From Tricharina praecox (lineage: Eukaryota), in contig NW_026250409.1 of assembly GCF_024521635.1 (NCBI RefSeq), forward strand, positions 1,054,001 through 1,118,000: DNA of 64,000 nucleotides. Reading direction: 5' to 3'. A model generated the notes under the pieces. It was not told the DNA's origin. It ran no database searches and saw only the letters and a list, made by a program, of their open reading frames with translations. Positions within the stretch are counted from its first letter, which is position 1. Each line of letters opens with the position of its first letter. Made by a program: the position numbers and the translations under genes. Shown here in pieces: positions 49,036-62,246 of this stretch.

Positions 49036-51369
49036 CGTCCTTATACCCCCACCCTCGGCCCTCCTCAGGGCAGCCGGCTTATATACCTCCTATATACTCC
49101 CTACGCCTGTCGGCCGGACCCGAATAGCACCGACTGCCAACACTACGCCGGGATGTGCGGACACGAGACGTCACTCGCTTGCTCACCGGTGTGCCGTCTC
49201 ACGCGTCATGGCCCCCACTCCCAACCCCCCGGGATCATTGATTGGTAGGAAGTTAGTTAGAAGATGTAGGGATCCCGGGATCCGCCCATAAGGTGCGTTA
49301 GGGTAACTAGGAAGTGGGATGTGGGATGTGGGATGTGGGATGTGGGCTGTCCTACGTAGGTAGTTAATTACGGGGCGATTATGAAGCCTCCACTTCGGAT
49401 AGGTTTGTACATAGGTATGTAGGCCAGGTAGACGATTCGGTCCCTTGTCGAGGACAGGCATTGCGCGTTTATGTGTGTAGTTGCTCTGTTGCCTGCATAG
49501 CTAACCTACTATTTAGTACCGATACGAGGACGAGTCAAGGTGTCCAACTACTAGTAGGTAGTAAATAGCCCCTCCATAGCCGTAGGATGTGTACCGGTAT
49601 ATGTAGCTCGCGGATAACGGGCCCTGCATGTATGTAGGCAGGTATGGTATGTAGGTACATACCTGGTAACTAGCTACCTGTAGGCATGACTCAACCGTAC
49701 TCCTAACGACCGGTGGGTCATACCTAGATACATAGAGTAGTACATAGCATCGTCGCGGCCTGAATGCGTGATTTTACTGCCGCGATACAGTGATAAATAC
49801 ACGTAGGTACATAGAGCACTCGCGCATGCGCTATCCAGTGTCCTAGTCAGGTCCCAGGTCCCGGCAACGCCGGTTGCACGTATGTACTCTAGTTACTAGT
49901 AACTATCGGCTGGCATTGATGTTTTTTTGTTTACTCATCATCATTGCATTCGACCTTAGTATCGTACCTGGATCATGGCAGGTACTGGTATATGTGTCCG
50001 TTTCCACCCCGCTGTCACCGACTTCGTGGCTGGCAATAGTGACTGGCATTGACGTCCTGTCTCTACTAACTAGTATCTACCGGGGATGGCAGTAGTTGAG
50101 TTGCTAGAACGATTACCAAGTAGGCAGAACGTGGAATCCAATTGCTTGATTGATTGATTGATAATCCATACAGCATGAAGCCCTAAGGTCATGGCCAGTA
50201 GAGTAGAGATATCTACAATAATGCATTTAACAAAGAAATTCCACTAACTAACCTCAGTAATCCAATTGCGTAAACACATGTCGTCACTCGCGCCAGGCTC
50301 CAGGGCAGAGAGTCGAGCGGGATGGGCCGTGTTGTTGGTATTACAGCGGTCTGTGCAGTGCCATTTACTCTACAACGACCCATAGCTGACGTTTATCACG
50401 TGGTTTTTGTCACGTGTTTGCTTGTCCATTTCCGACAGACGAGCGTATGTATCTTGGTGTTTACAGAAGCTCTCATTTTGTATGCATACAGAAGAAATAA
50501 ATATTCTTCTTTCACTTAATCGGCATTCAATACATCTCATACAGTACATCATATTTTATTTTATTTTTTGTTTAATCAGTGATTGCTTGCGACCTAAGTA
50601 GATCATGGCAATATATGTACACACTCCGTTTCCTCGCCACTGTCCGACCCGACTTTCATCGAGTGGCCCGATGTGGCTTTCCCTGCCCCCGCCGTGGCCT
50701 GTCCCAGCAATGTATGAGCGCACCGAGGAAATGAGCACACCAAGGAAATGAATCTCATACCATTCTCCATCGCATACCTATTTCAATAAGATGGGAAATG
50801 AATTCCCGAGTGATATGATGTGTATAGCAATGGGCGCAATGCGGGGTGTACGGTGTATGAGCATAGCGAAGCCGCGACTGCTGTGGATCAACACTGGACC
50901 ACTGGTAACTGCAGTGTCGGCCGGTTCTTCATTTAGCGAATACAGTCGCTAGGACTGATGGGTGCAGTTAGCCCTGCTAAGGTCATGTCGATTCCCGTGA
51001 GCGGCGAAAAAAGCGGTTGTTTCAAGTTTGATCATTACAGGTCAAGCACCATCCAGGCCGTGGGGTAGACGAGAATGATATAGTTTGGTTCGATTGATAC
51101 TGAAGACTATGGATTCAACTAACGTTGGGGGGATGGGGTGGGGGAGGGGGGAAGGTTTCGAGTGATGATCTGTGGATGACTGCAGACAGGTAACGTCCGT
51201 TGAGAAGACCCGCTGGTTTCCTCGCCCACCGCTGCTGCTCTACAGGTCACTCATCGCATACTGCACCTCAGTTCCCATCAACCCTTCTTAATTGCACAAA
51301 CACTCGCACACATTTGCAGCAACCACCACCACCACTGCCACCACCGCCACCACCACCTCCAGCACCACC

Positions 51370-51902
51370 ATGAACCAAGCTGAGACCCCCAGCTCCTACA
51401 ACCTCCGCAAAGCGCGGGAGATAATCCTCGTCGTAAGCTCTTTCCCGTTTCCCATAATCCATCCCATCCCCTTTCCCCCGCCCCCACTAACCCCACCACG
51501 ATCCAGGCTTTCCACTTCTTTGGCACGCGCCTCAGCCCGCAATGGTACAGCCGACCCGTGCACGATCTGTACCTGTTCCTGCGGCGGTCGCGGCACTTCC
51601 CAGGATACGTGAAGACGGACGACCTGATATTCCTTGAGATCTTTGCGCGGGGGAACAAATACGCCACGCTGCTGGAGCTAGATAGCGAGGGTTGTTTGAG
51701 CAGGGACGAGGCGGCCAGGGTCGTCCCGACCATCAGTATCAGCGAGGCGATCGAGTGCGCCACCGAGATGGCCGGAATGGGGTACGAGCTCCTGCAGGAA
51801 ACGGTCAAGAGACTGCTTAGGACCCAGGTTGGGGATTTGGCGATGTTTGAGGGCGCTACAAACTTGGAGCTGGTGGTCGCGGCGGGGGTGGCGTATGCGT
51901 AG
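51370..51902 (+). CDS. Hypothetical protein (~152 aa); exons 51370-51432, 51507-51902; probable 5'UTR intron 51190-51245
   Basis: MNQAETPSSYNLRKAREIILV, then a GTAAGC..ACTAAC..CAG intron, then AFHFFGTRLSPQWYSRPVHDLYLFLRRS.. in frame to TAG. Confidence 0.65.
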
Positions 51903-52053
51903 CTGGTGGGGAGGGATGGTCACGGTAGGACGTTTACTTGCGCTTGTGAATGCAATAGCGAAGTGTATGTCTGTTCTGCATGCGCTGCATGCGCTGCTTT
52001 GCTCGTTGCTCGTTGCTCCTAATCATCATGAAGTTACATTGGTATCTACATAC

Positions 52054-53016
52054 TCACTCATCCCCGATCTCTCCCGCGACGGGCCGGGACCTGCCCCCGG
52101 TGCCGCCCTGCCCCGGCGGCGCCGTAATATCCGCGCCCAAGCTCGCCTCCAAATACTCCTCGAGCTCTTCACTCAGGGTCTTTAGTCTTTCCTTGACAAT
52201 CTCGACCTGCTCCTCGCCCACGGTGACCCTGCCGGGCGGATTCTCGCTCCCCACAATCTCCACCACGATCCTGACCGTATCCGCCAGCCCATCTACCTCC
52301 GCCATCCCGCCCATCTTGTCCACCCGCTCCGCAAGTCCCCGCACCCGCCGCGCCGCCTCCCCCCCGGGGAGGTCCCTATACTCCTCCTTCTCCTTGACAA
52401 CCACCACCTCGCCGGCGCCCCAGACCGCCGTCTCGATGCCGGGCTGCACAATGCTAACCCTAATCCCGAACGGCGCGACCTCGAACGCCAGAGCATCACA
52501 CAACCCCTCGATGCCATGATCCGCCGCCGACCTAAGACTCAGTCCTGGCGTTCCCATCGCGCCAGTGAGCCCAGTAACAACCACAATATGCCCGCCGCGC
52601 TGCTTCCGCATGACGGACAGGGCAGCCTTGACGACATTAACGCGGCCGAAGTACCCCGCCTCGAATTGGCGGGTGATATCACCGGGGGCCATTTCCTCGA
52701 GGGCGCCGACAAACGTCGGCACACCAGTGTGGACGACGGCATCGATGCGGCCGAACGCGGCCACGGCCGTGGCGAGCGCCGACTGGCAGATGGACGCGGA
52801 GAGTGGGTCCAGCTCGAGGATGATCAGTGTACCGCTGTGCATGTGTGCGCGTAGTGTGGTTAGGAGCGGGGAGCTGAGCTCTGTGCGCGTGCAGCAGGCG
52901 GCGAGGGAGGCGCCGAGGTCCAGCAGGCTGAGCGAGAGCGCGTGCCCGAGCGGCGTGAGCGCGCTGGTTAGGAGGTAGCTCTTGGGCTTGGGGGGTGGCG
53001 GGTCGGTGTCGTCCAT
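52054..53016 (-). CDS. Atypical short-chain dehydrogenase/reductase (320 aa)
   Basis: AFGRIDAVV, GALEEM, QFEAGYFGRVNVVKAAL..MRKQRGGHIVVV and EVAPFGIRVSIVQPG are SDR signatures. The cofactor and catalytic motifs are degenerate. Confidence 0.8.
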   Translation of the reverse strand: MDDTDPPPPKPKSYLLTSALTPLGHALSLSLLDLGASLAACCTRTELSSPLLTTLRAHMHSGTLIILELDPLSASICQSALATAVAAFGRIDAVVHTGVPTFVGALEEMAPGDITRQFEAGYFGRVNVVKAALSVMRKQRGGHIVVVTGLTGAMGTPGLSLRSAADHGIEGLCDALAFEVAPFGIRVSIVQPGIETAVWGAGEVVVVKEKEEYRDLPGGEAARRVRGLAERVDKMGGMAEVDGLADTVRIVVEIVGSENPPGRVTVGEEQVEIVKERLKTLSEELEEYLEASLGADITAPPGQGGTGGRSRPVAGEIGDE

Positions 53017-53905
53017 GCTCTCTCTCTCTCTCTCTTCCGTGGGTGACGGACTGCGGGGTGCAGTAGTTGGTCACCCCTCGTTCGTAGTGCGAAGACGGGC
53101 CTCCCACGTTTGTGGGGATCCACTGCCGGATTGCAGGGATCGAAACTGGGATTGCATGGACGGGGAGGGATGGAGCGTAAAGATGGATGTAAAACATCAA
53201 TCTCCATGAGATATCTCCATCTAAATCATCTAGACTCCAGACACAACTATTACCAACATACAGTATAGAGTACAATACACCCGAGCACATACATGTATGT
53301 AGGCCCTTATTCCCCTTCCCCATCCCGCTTTCCAATACCCATCCCATCCGCACCCCTTCCCCCCGCCATCCATCCATCCAGCCAAACAAAGGAAAAAAAT
53401 AAAAGCCAGTGTTGTGAGTAAGGAAGTCAACCATATATAGAGCCGAAGTAATAAAGTGAACACCCGAGAGCGAAGAAAAAATTATAGAGAGCGCATCAAC
53501 AATCCAGGTTCAACCGAGGATTCCAGGCTGGACCATATCGTAGACGTGTACTAGTAAAGAAAATATTCACAAAAGTGGAGGGAGTCGGAGGAGTCGAAGG
53601 AGGAGTATTCAAGCCGGCCAGAAAAGAAGCAGAAGAAAAAGAAGAAGAAAAGGAAGAAGAAGTAGAAGATATAGATAAGAGTAATAACCCCACCAGAGAA
53701 GTGACAGAAGAAAGACAGAAAGTGCAAAGTGCAGTTCACCCAAGCCAAAGCCTTTTAGGACAGCTCGAGGATTATGTAAGGAAAGCAGAAGCCGTAGAAG
53801 CAATGTAACGAAAAAAAACCAAAACCAATCCCAGAAGAGAAGTCAAAAGGAATACAGAGGATATCGCAATAGCACCTAAACAAACACAACTTTAACGTAA
53901 CCTAA

Positions 53906-56900
53906 CTATGGCTGACTACTCGGGTCAGGACTAGGCGGGCTGATGATCGTTTTTGGTGTCGCAGCACCTTGATCGCTGTCCTCGTCGACTACTGCACTCG
54001 ATGATGCTGGGTCGGGCTCCTGTGTTGTAGTAACATCACTGGTAGTACTGTTGATACTCCCAGTTTCGCTCCCTCGCCGCATCGCCAGAAGTGCACTCTT
54101 AGCTCTCGCCACTGGGTCATCGGAATCGGGTGCTCCACCAGGCGCTGTCAACCCAAGACCTGACGCAGGACTTGACGGGAGACCGGTTGGGAGTGGTGGA
54201 ACCGGCGGACTCGAGAGGAGCGAGACGGCTGATGGACCCGATCCCGTAGATGACATCGAAACGTTACTACCGTTTCGTCGTCGACGCTCTTTCCGCTTCT
54301 TGTCCCGCATACTGCCTGCGCCCAACGCACCTCCTGAACCCTCGCCTCCGCCATCTCCCCTTAGACGCATCAGCATCTCCTCCGTCCGCTTCGAGAGACT
54401 GTCCTCAGCAGGGGCTTGGTCGGCAGAAGTAACGGTGATATCGGGACTCAGCAGTCCTTGTTCCGCATCCGAGGATACGGCAGCCGCCGCCGCCGATGAA
54501 GACGATGGCCGCTCCTGCTGATCATCTCCTGCTTCACTTCCGCTATTTTCACCTCCCGTATCCGCTTCCTTGGTGATCGACGCAGCTCGGATAGCACCGT
54601 TCTGTCGTAGCCTTGCTCTTCGCCTTGCGCCTCTCTTTTCGCGGGAGCTTGGCCCGGCGGCACGTAGCTTGTCGAGCAGTGCGTCCATAGCGCCTGTGCT
54701 TTGGGTGACGACTGGCGCGAGTGGGTCGGCGCGCGCAGCTTGTTTGGCTTGCGTATTTGCCGCCATCTGTTGTCGCTTTTCTCGACGTTTCTCTTCGTCC
54801 TCCAGTTCCATGTTCTTTTGACGACTCGACTGCGGGAAGGGTTAGTGATCAATTCGATGCCTTATGTGGGGGAGGTTCAAACCTTGTAGTTCTTGACGAA
54901 GTCACTAATAAGCTTGAAGAATCTCTTGCGCGAGTTCTCATCATTAGGATCTTCTCCGTAGAATGTCAAAAGATCGGCATATGTCTTGTTCATCGCCTCA
55001 AGGTAGTCCTTGAGGTATTCTGCCTTCTTCCTTGCCTCTGGAAGAACAGGAAGAACAACCTGCAAGACGCGATCTTGTGGGTGGAACTTCTTCGGCTCCG
55101 AAAGATTTCCGGAGTCGACGGACGTTTGAACCACTCGGACATTGGCAATGAACTTTTGCGCTTGTTGGGCAAGGTGATCGACGTCGGCTGCAGAAACATG
55201 TTAACATCAACGGCAGTTAGCATACAAGGGAAGGGGACTCCATACCTTTCTCGAGCTGTGTACTCTCGTGGAGCTCCTCGATGAAGCCCTCCAGCTCGGG
55301 GAACTTCTTGCGAACCGTCATCTCGACGTAATCCATGAACGTCCGTTGGTTCTTGTCGTCCTTGACGTTGACCAGACGGTTCAACGTGCCGAGTTTGAAA
55401 CCGGTAACTTGTTTGGTGGTATCGTTCATGTAATTACCCATCTGCAAGATAAGTTCAAGCACATCCTGGAACGCCTTACAAGCTCGGACCGTATCCGAGA
55501 CCCGTACAACCTGGTGGATTTTGCCCTGGATATCGGCGTAATCCGCGTCCAAGCTTCGGGTCAAAGCCAAAGCTCGAACTCTCCCCTTCCAGTAATGGTG
55601 CAGATTGAAGGCCGTCTCCAAGAAGATCAGGTCTTCACGCCTCAGTTCGTTCGGATCCGCTTCCCTCTTTTTGCCGTCTGCTCCGGCCTCGGTCCAGTCA
55701 ACGGCGTAGGGAGCAAAATTCTTCATGAGGTTGTCGCCGATTGTGCATAACTCATCGCGTTGCAAGAAATCCATAATGGCGGAGTTGTCCAGCATGTCCT
55801 TATCGCAGCTGAGAATCTTCGTGACAACCTGCGTGGCGGGTATCTGCGAGTACTTCGCAAGGGAGATGTGGAACGCTTTGACTATACCGGTGTCCAGGAA
55901 CTCCTTCTTCTGCTCGCCTTCGGCTTTCGCTTTCTTGAGCATCCTCGTCTCCTTGAAAAAGAACATCCTCTCCATTTCTTCGAGAATACCCTTCTTCGAC
56001 AGTTCCTCGAACACACCTTCCTTATTGCTACGGGCTGCCCAGAGAGTGTACTCGACACCATCCAACTTCTCCCAATGCATCGGCTTAAGCTTCTTGCGCG
56101 GTCGAACACCGGTGTAAAGTCCATGCACACCACCGGGTGGCGGCGGCGCACCGGGTACGTGATACGGCGAAATTCGCCCAGGAAGCCCCGGAGCCGGCGG
56201 AGCGTTCCCGGATAGGAAGCCCCCTGGAGGAGGAGGCGGCGGCGGGGGTGGACCCGCGCCCCCGAATCCGGGCATTGGTGGAGGTGGAGGCGGGGGAGCA
56301 CCACCTCCAAATCCAGCCATAGGAGGAGGCGGCGGCGGTGGTGGACCACCGAACCCAGGCATTGGCGGCGGAGGAGGCGGAGGAGCGCCCGAAAATCCTG
56401 GCATTGGTGGCGGCAGGGGCGGCGGCGGGCCACCCGAAAACCCTGGCATCGGCGGCGGCGGGGGGGGCGGACCACCCGAAAACCCTGGCATTGGCGGCGG
56501 GGGAGGCGGGGGAGGACCTCCAAATCCTGGCATCGGCGGCACAGGCGGAACACTGTCTGAAAACCCTGGCATGAAAACGCCAGGCGGAGGCGGCGGCGGA
56601 GGCGGGGGTGGAGGGCCATTGGCGAATCCGGGCATTACCACACCAGATGCTGCCGTGCCGGTTGAGTCCTTAGGTGTTCCTCCAAGTGCCTCCGCGTCGA
56701 TCGGAGTCTTCGGACCCGACTCCATGCTTGCATGGGACGGGCCTGTCGTCACGCCCTCATCACTTGAGGTGGATTCGGTCTTAAGCTTGGATTCGTCGTC
56801 ATCCTCGTCCTCGTCCTCGTCCTCGTCGTCCGTAGCTTCAGCATTATTGTATGCCTGGACTCGCTTCACCCTCTCCGTGAGCTCGCCTAATAGACCAGAG

Positions 56901-59820
56901 GCCTGAGCATTGTTAATCCTCGGCTTGGTGTACTGGATCAACCGTGGTCGCTCAAGGATATACTCCGGTTCGGTATCGTCGCCAGATTCTTCGCGGATGT
57001 TTGCCTCTCTCAACCGGGCATTCTCGCGTTCGGCATAGGTCAATGGTTGAGAAATCTGGCGGCCAGCATCACGGCTCTTCCTATTAACATGGCTCTTCCT
57101 CGAAACACTTCCAAATGTGGCAGATGCATTTCGCTGAGATTCTTCGTAATGTTGCTGTTCAAGCTGCTTGGCTTCGCGTTGCACGGCATCCATTCTTTCA
57201 CGCAGTTCCCGTAACCTATCACTAGGTGCGACATGTTGCCATACTTTACCTTCCAATTTGAACTCGGTCTTCTTACGCTCGAGTTGTCTTTCCAGTTTTT
57301 CCATGAGTCGCTGCCGGTCAAGGATTCCCTGCATTTGGATGTCGGTGTCAGGCAATATCTTCCCATCTTTCCGGCCCTGTCTAGCCTTCTCCGCGATGAC
57401 GGCGTCGGCGGCATCCTGAGCATCGCGTAACATAAGGTACAATTCTCGGGTCTCTAGTTCGCTCTTCTGCATCTGAGTGGCATGTGCGACCTTGATTTCT
57501 TCTAGCTCGGCTTTCAACATGTCATTTTGACGTCGCTGGATATCAATAACCTGTGCTTGTTCCTCCAGTTGCTTCTTCAACTTCGCAACCAGACCGTCGG
57601 CACCAAGGTCAATCTGAGCCTGCATGGCATCCCGTTCGGCAATGGCATTTTCGGCAACCTGCCGGCTCTCACTCGCCTCTTCGAGAGCGTGTCGAGCTTC
57701 GGCATCGGTATTCAATTTGTCCATTAGACTCTGCACCGAGAAATTCAGACTGGCCTTCAGGTCCATATCCGGAAACCGGCGGTCCATGGCTACGTAACCA
57801 AGAATGGCCTCCGAGAGCTGAAACATTCTTAACCGGTCTTCCGTGTTGTTGTCCCGCATCAGAAGCAGGTGCTGCAGCGCAGACACGAAGTAATCCTGCG
57901 TATTGGTACCATGGATCTTCTGCATGATCGCCTCTACGAGAGCAGCCGGGTCATTGAGGTCCTTGGGCTCGCTATCGATACTATCGACCATACTAGTGCC
58001 ATCCCGTTCCATGAGCTCATCATAGTCCACTGCCGCATCCTCCTCGTATTTCTGGATCTGTTTGTCTATGAGCTCGTAATTGAAGCCCTGCATCTTCGTG
58101 GCGATCCTTCCAATACCGCATCCCTTGAACTGCGTGCGGACGTAAATGCGAGCATGTATGTCGTCCGAGCCGGAGGCGATGATGTTTATCAAGAATAATG
58201 TCGCAAGAGCGTATTCCATGAGCAAGCTCTCGAAACCAATACCGCCCGATCGCGCCTCGTCGCTGGCCCCCACTAAACTCCCGAGCTTTCCACGGCCATC
58301 GATGGTAACCTCGACGATGCGTAACCATGAATCAAATCTTCCGGTCTCGCCCTGATGCCCCTTGACCTGGTCCATCGCTTGCAGCACCCTGGAGTGACCG
58401 TGAGGCCTCTCCCAATGGCACAGGAAGGTCAGGACTTCACTAACCATCTTCCGGGTGCTGACACGCGGAGATGTGAGGGATGCAACGAGCGCATTGATGC
58501 AGTGCTGGTGTGCTAGAGCGTCGTCGGCACCGTACTTGTTGTTCATGAGCGCTTTCAGACATTTGACGATATCGTACTCTCGGTCAAGCATCGCATCGGA
58601 TCCAGTGTTGTTTCTTCCGCCATGGTTGTTGATGCTCCGCAGTACAGTCGTAAGGGCAATCTGACCCTGCGCTTCAATAAAGTCCCGTACCCATCTGTCC
58701 CAACACGTTAGCATTATACACCACTCAAGCGGGCGAATTAACCCAGTACTCACCCAATCGGTTGTGTGCGCAATGAGACGCTTAAACTGGCGAGCTGCTT
58801 CGTTGTGATGGTACCCTCCATGATCTTCTTGACGTACCACTGGGGCGAGTCCTCGTCCAGATCTTTCCCGGAACTGGATGATGCCGCAGCCCTCCGCTTC
58901 TGCTCCGTCTGCCAATCACCGAGCTTGTCTTGATAGATCATGAGCCATTTCCCAGATGTTGGCTTAGCCATCAACACCCGTTTCGCCGGGTCCGGTAAGT
59001 TCATATATCCACGTTTGATCATAAGCTCATAAAACATCTTCTCCACGATGGAGTCGTCTTCCGGCCTTTCCATGTGGAACTCGGTCATGGACCCACTGTG
59101 AGCTGGGAACTGCATCATCTCCGCCATGGTAGGAGCAACTGAGAGCATCGAATTGCGCGTAGCAGAAGACAACGACGAGTAGATCGACATCTGGTCCGAG
59201 TTCCGAGGATCGGAATTCTGAGTCGAATTGGAAGGATAGTACATCTGGCCCTGGCCCCCATTCGTATTCCTCGGCGACGACGACGACGTGGTAGACCCAG
59301 CATATTCTCTGGATGGTGCATAGTAGGAATTTCCCGCTGTCAGACTACCCGACGAGCCAGGCGGTGGTCTGGGGCCGGTCGGATGCGAGTAGTGGTTCTG
59401 CGGCGGGCCGGCAACACTGGGGTACTGGTGGAAATCTCCCATGCGACCAATCGAATGCGGTGTTATCTCTCTTCCATCGTCGCCGCGTGACACGGGCCGA
59501 GGAAAGTCCACCGTTATGGGAGTTCGATTCAAGTCCTGCACCACAGAGTCATACGGTATCGACGTAACCACGCCAGCAGTGTTGTTGAGCGGATCTAATT
59601 CATTTCCGTATATTGTCTCGCGGTAGTCCTTGTTGGAGGAGATCGAATGTTGAGAGCGCACACTCCTGGCCGAGCTCTTTGTCGATTGTGCTTCGATATC
59701 GAGGCTGGACGACTGATGGGATTCACTGGGACGAGAGCCGGAGGAGGTCAACCCGGCAACTTTATGTTTGCTCCGTGAGAAGAACCCTTTGCCGCTCATC
59801 TCACGGCCACCGCTGGACAT
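53906..59820 (-). CDS. sepA: Formin SepA/Bni1 (1914 aa; GBD, FH3, FH1, FH2, DAD); exons 59820-58754, 58694-55246, 55187-54883, 54829-53906
   Basis: LSVSLRTQPIG^WVRDFIEAQG, LDREYDIVKCLKALMNNKYGA, poly-Pro FH1, KKLKPMHWEKL, GNYMND..GFKL and the DAD motif MDALLDKLRAA. Confidence 0.95.
56225..56640 (-). repeat. Coding tandem repeat in formin FH1: ~8 copies of M(P/A)GF(S/G)G(G)Pn
   Basis: Repeated MPGFSGGPPPPPPP units in the translation. Confidence 0.9.
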
Positions 59821-62246
59821 GTCGTGGGGTGGTTGTGGTGGTTGTGGTAGTCTGGAGACTCGGGGGTCGAGGGTGAAGGGGTGTTGAGCGGATAAGAGGC
59901 GATGCGACCGTTAGGCGGGAAGATAGTTCTGGGAGTTAGTCGTTGAGCGGCGGCAGCGGCTCTGTTGAGAGCATCCCGTGTGCGCGGTGCAGTTCGGGGG
60001 TGGTTATAGCGGGGCGCGGGGGCTCTAAGCGTAGAAAGCGAGCTTCGTCAGACCAGCGAGCAGCAGCTGTAGGTGGTGTTGAATGTGTAGAGTCGTGGCA
60101 AGCGCTGAACGAGCGGCGATAGTTTGAAGAGTGCTTTCGCTGTTGTAAAGAGAAGGTCTGAGTCGAGATCGAAGGGGTATTGTAGCCGCTGAGGTGTTGT
60201 TGGCGGAGGAGGACGGGGGGTGGGTGAGTGTGGTATCGGTGATGATGGGTAGCGGAGGAGGGAGTAGAGGTCGGTACGGAGGGCCCTGGTTGCGATGAGA
60301 TGGTAGGCAGTGGTAAAGTGAGTGGTGTGTGTGGCAGTTACATACGACGGCGGGTGATCGCAGCGACAAGGGGACAAGTCAACTTGTCGAAAGAATGCCC
60401 AGCAACGAGAAGGAGCGTGTGCGTGCGGATGATGATGATGATGTTGATGGCAATGTTGCGAACAGGAATGTCTTCGTCCCAACTCTAGTTTCTGTCTGTC
60501 TATCGTCCGTTCTCTGTCTGTCCGTTTTGCCCCTCTCGAAAAGGTTCGCGCTTCTGCCCCTTTTCTGGACTCGCTCGCCCTCCGTCCATGCCCAACCGCC
60601 GTCGCCGCCACATACCACGAACCGAGCCAAACAAATGCACTCGCCAAATGATCAACATCCCAACTCACAGAAAAAGAAATGTTTGAGAAAGAAGCAGAAA
60701 TGAAATCGATACAGCAGTAGCAGACAACTTGAAGCGTGAAACTCCCCTATCGATAAGCTTGAGATTTGACATTTCTGCCAGGCACACAACCTATTTTACC
60801 GAACCCATGATCTTGTTGATCGAAACAACCGCGTCTCTCCCCTCCCTCTTCCCTCTTCCCTCTTCCCTGGAGACCTTGCCCTTGCGTCTCGCACCCAGCG
60901 GTCCCTCCCGCCATTTGTTTCCCCACAAAAAGATCAAAAAATAACGGGAATCGAACGCCCTGAGCAGGAACATCCATCATACTGCAGCTGGCCGCGGCGG
61001 TAAGCAATCTGCCACCATGCAGCCCCAAACAATCTGATTGTTTCACATACTTCGCCTGCTGTTTGTCGAATTCGATTCGATGTCGCCTGAGATAACTGGA
61101 TCGGTGGGTGCCAAATTATGTCGTGCTTGGTGCTTGGTGCTTCACTGACACGTTGTTTACCGGGATCAACAACTCATTTCCCAAAGAACGGTGCTTGATG
61201 CTTTCTCCGCCTAAACGCCGGACGCCGAACACAGCGAAGAAGAAGAAATACGATCACTGCATCCTACATAGAGACCGCTTGCCCTCTCTTGGAGCAAAGA
61301 ATGTTACTACAAAAGGGATCCCGATTTCGTGAACATCCATTGTGGCCTGCCGTGGAGTTTATCGTATGGTACTCGTCTCCCAGCCTATGGTGCGCTTCGT
61401 CCTTAGCACTGGCTCTCTTGAGCATTCCACTGGTTCCACGTTCCCTAGCTAGGTCCTAGAGAACGAACCATAGAGAGGGTAGAATACCATATCTACCAGG
61501 TTTCTCCTGAGCTCGGAAACCTGGCCTTCTGCACGACGCGTGGTTGATGAATTGTGTTCGACCAACTGTGGTCCACGGCAATGACCAGGACAGTTATGGA
61601 GACAAATAACTCATGATCTATACTTTCAGTTTCATAGTTCAAGTTCTCTGCACAATACCTGGTTTCGGTTTCGGTCCCGGCCCGCTCTTGTGTCAGTAGC
61701 AGGGCACGTAAATTCAAAACCTTTCCCTCTGAACTGATAAGATATTCCAGAGTATGTGGAATCTGTGCAACAAAGCTATCTGCATCGTAATCGTTGGACC
61801 TGGGTACCGTGATGTGTTATACGCAATTTCCTGGTTAAGGCTTCCCGGCCAAGGCCTTCTTGATACGTCGACTACAAGCTGAAAGTGTCCCGGAGGCAAT
61901 GACCTGCTCATGATCTTGGAAGAGTGTATGGTGCTCCAGAGGGGCCACATCACTGTGGTCAGAACCGGGATTGGAATCTTCCACCGCACCTGTTATCACT
62001 CGATGTCTCAACTTGGCATTAGGCACGTGCCAGTGTGTACAGACCAATAAAGTAGACTGCTTACTTGGATACACAACGCGCAGATGTTCGCGTTAATTAG
62101 CACCATCCCTCGCGATAGCCCTCAACACAATACAAAGACCACCCACAGCACTCGGCGAGCCTACTCACCTGTGTCGCCTGTACGATCGATGATACCGTCA
62201 CTATTCTCGATATTTCCCCATCGATAGCACCTCACGCGTCTAAGTC

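Noticed and set aside
49300..50300. TA-rich intergenic DNA as a RIP-degraded transposon
   Set aside because: No transposase or reverse transcriptase remnants, LTRs or terminal inverted repeats are recognisable.
53575..53808. Glu/Lys-rich 77-aa ORF
   Set aside because: Complement of the pyrimidine-rich region downstream of the formin gene, low complexity, non-ATG start.
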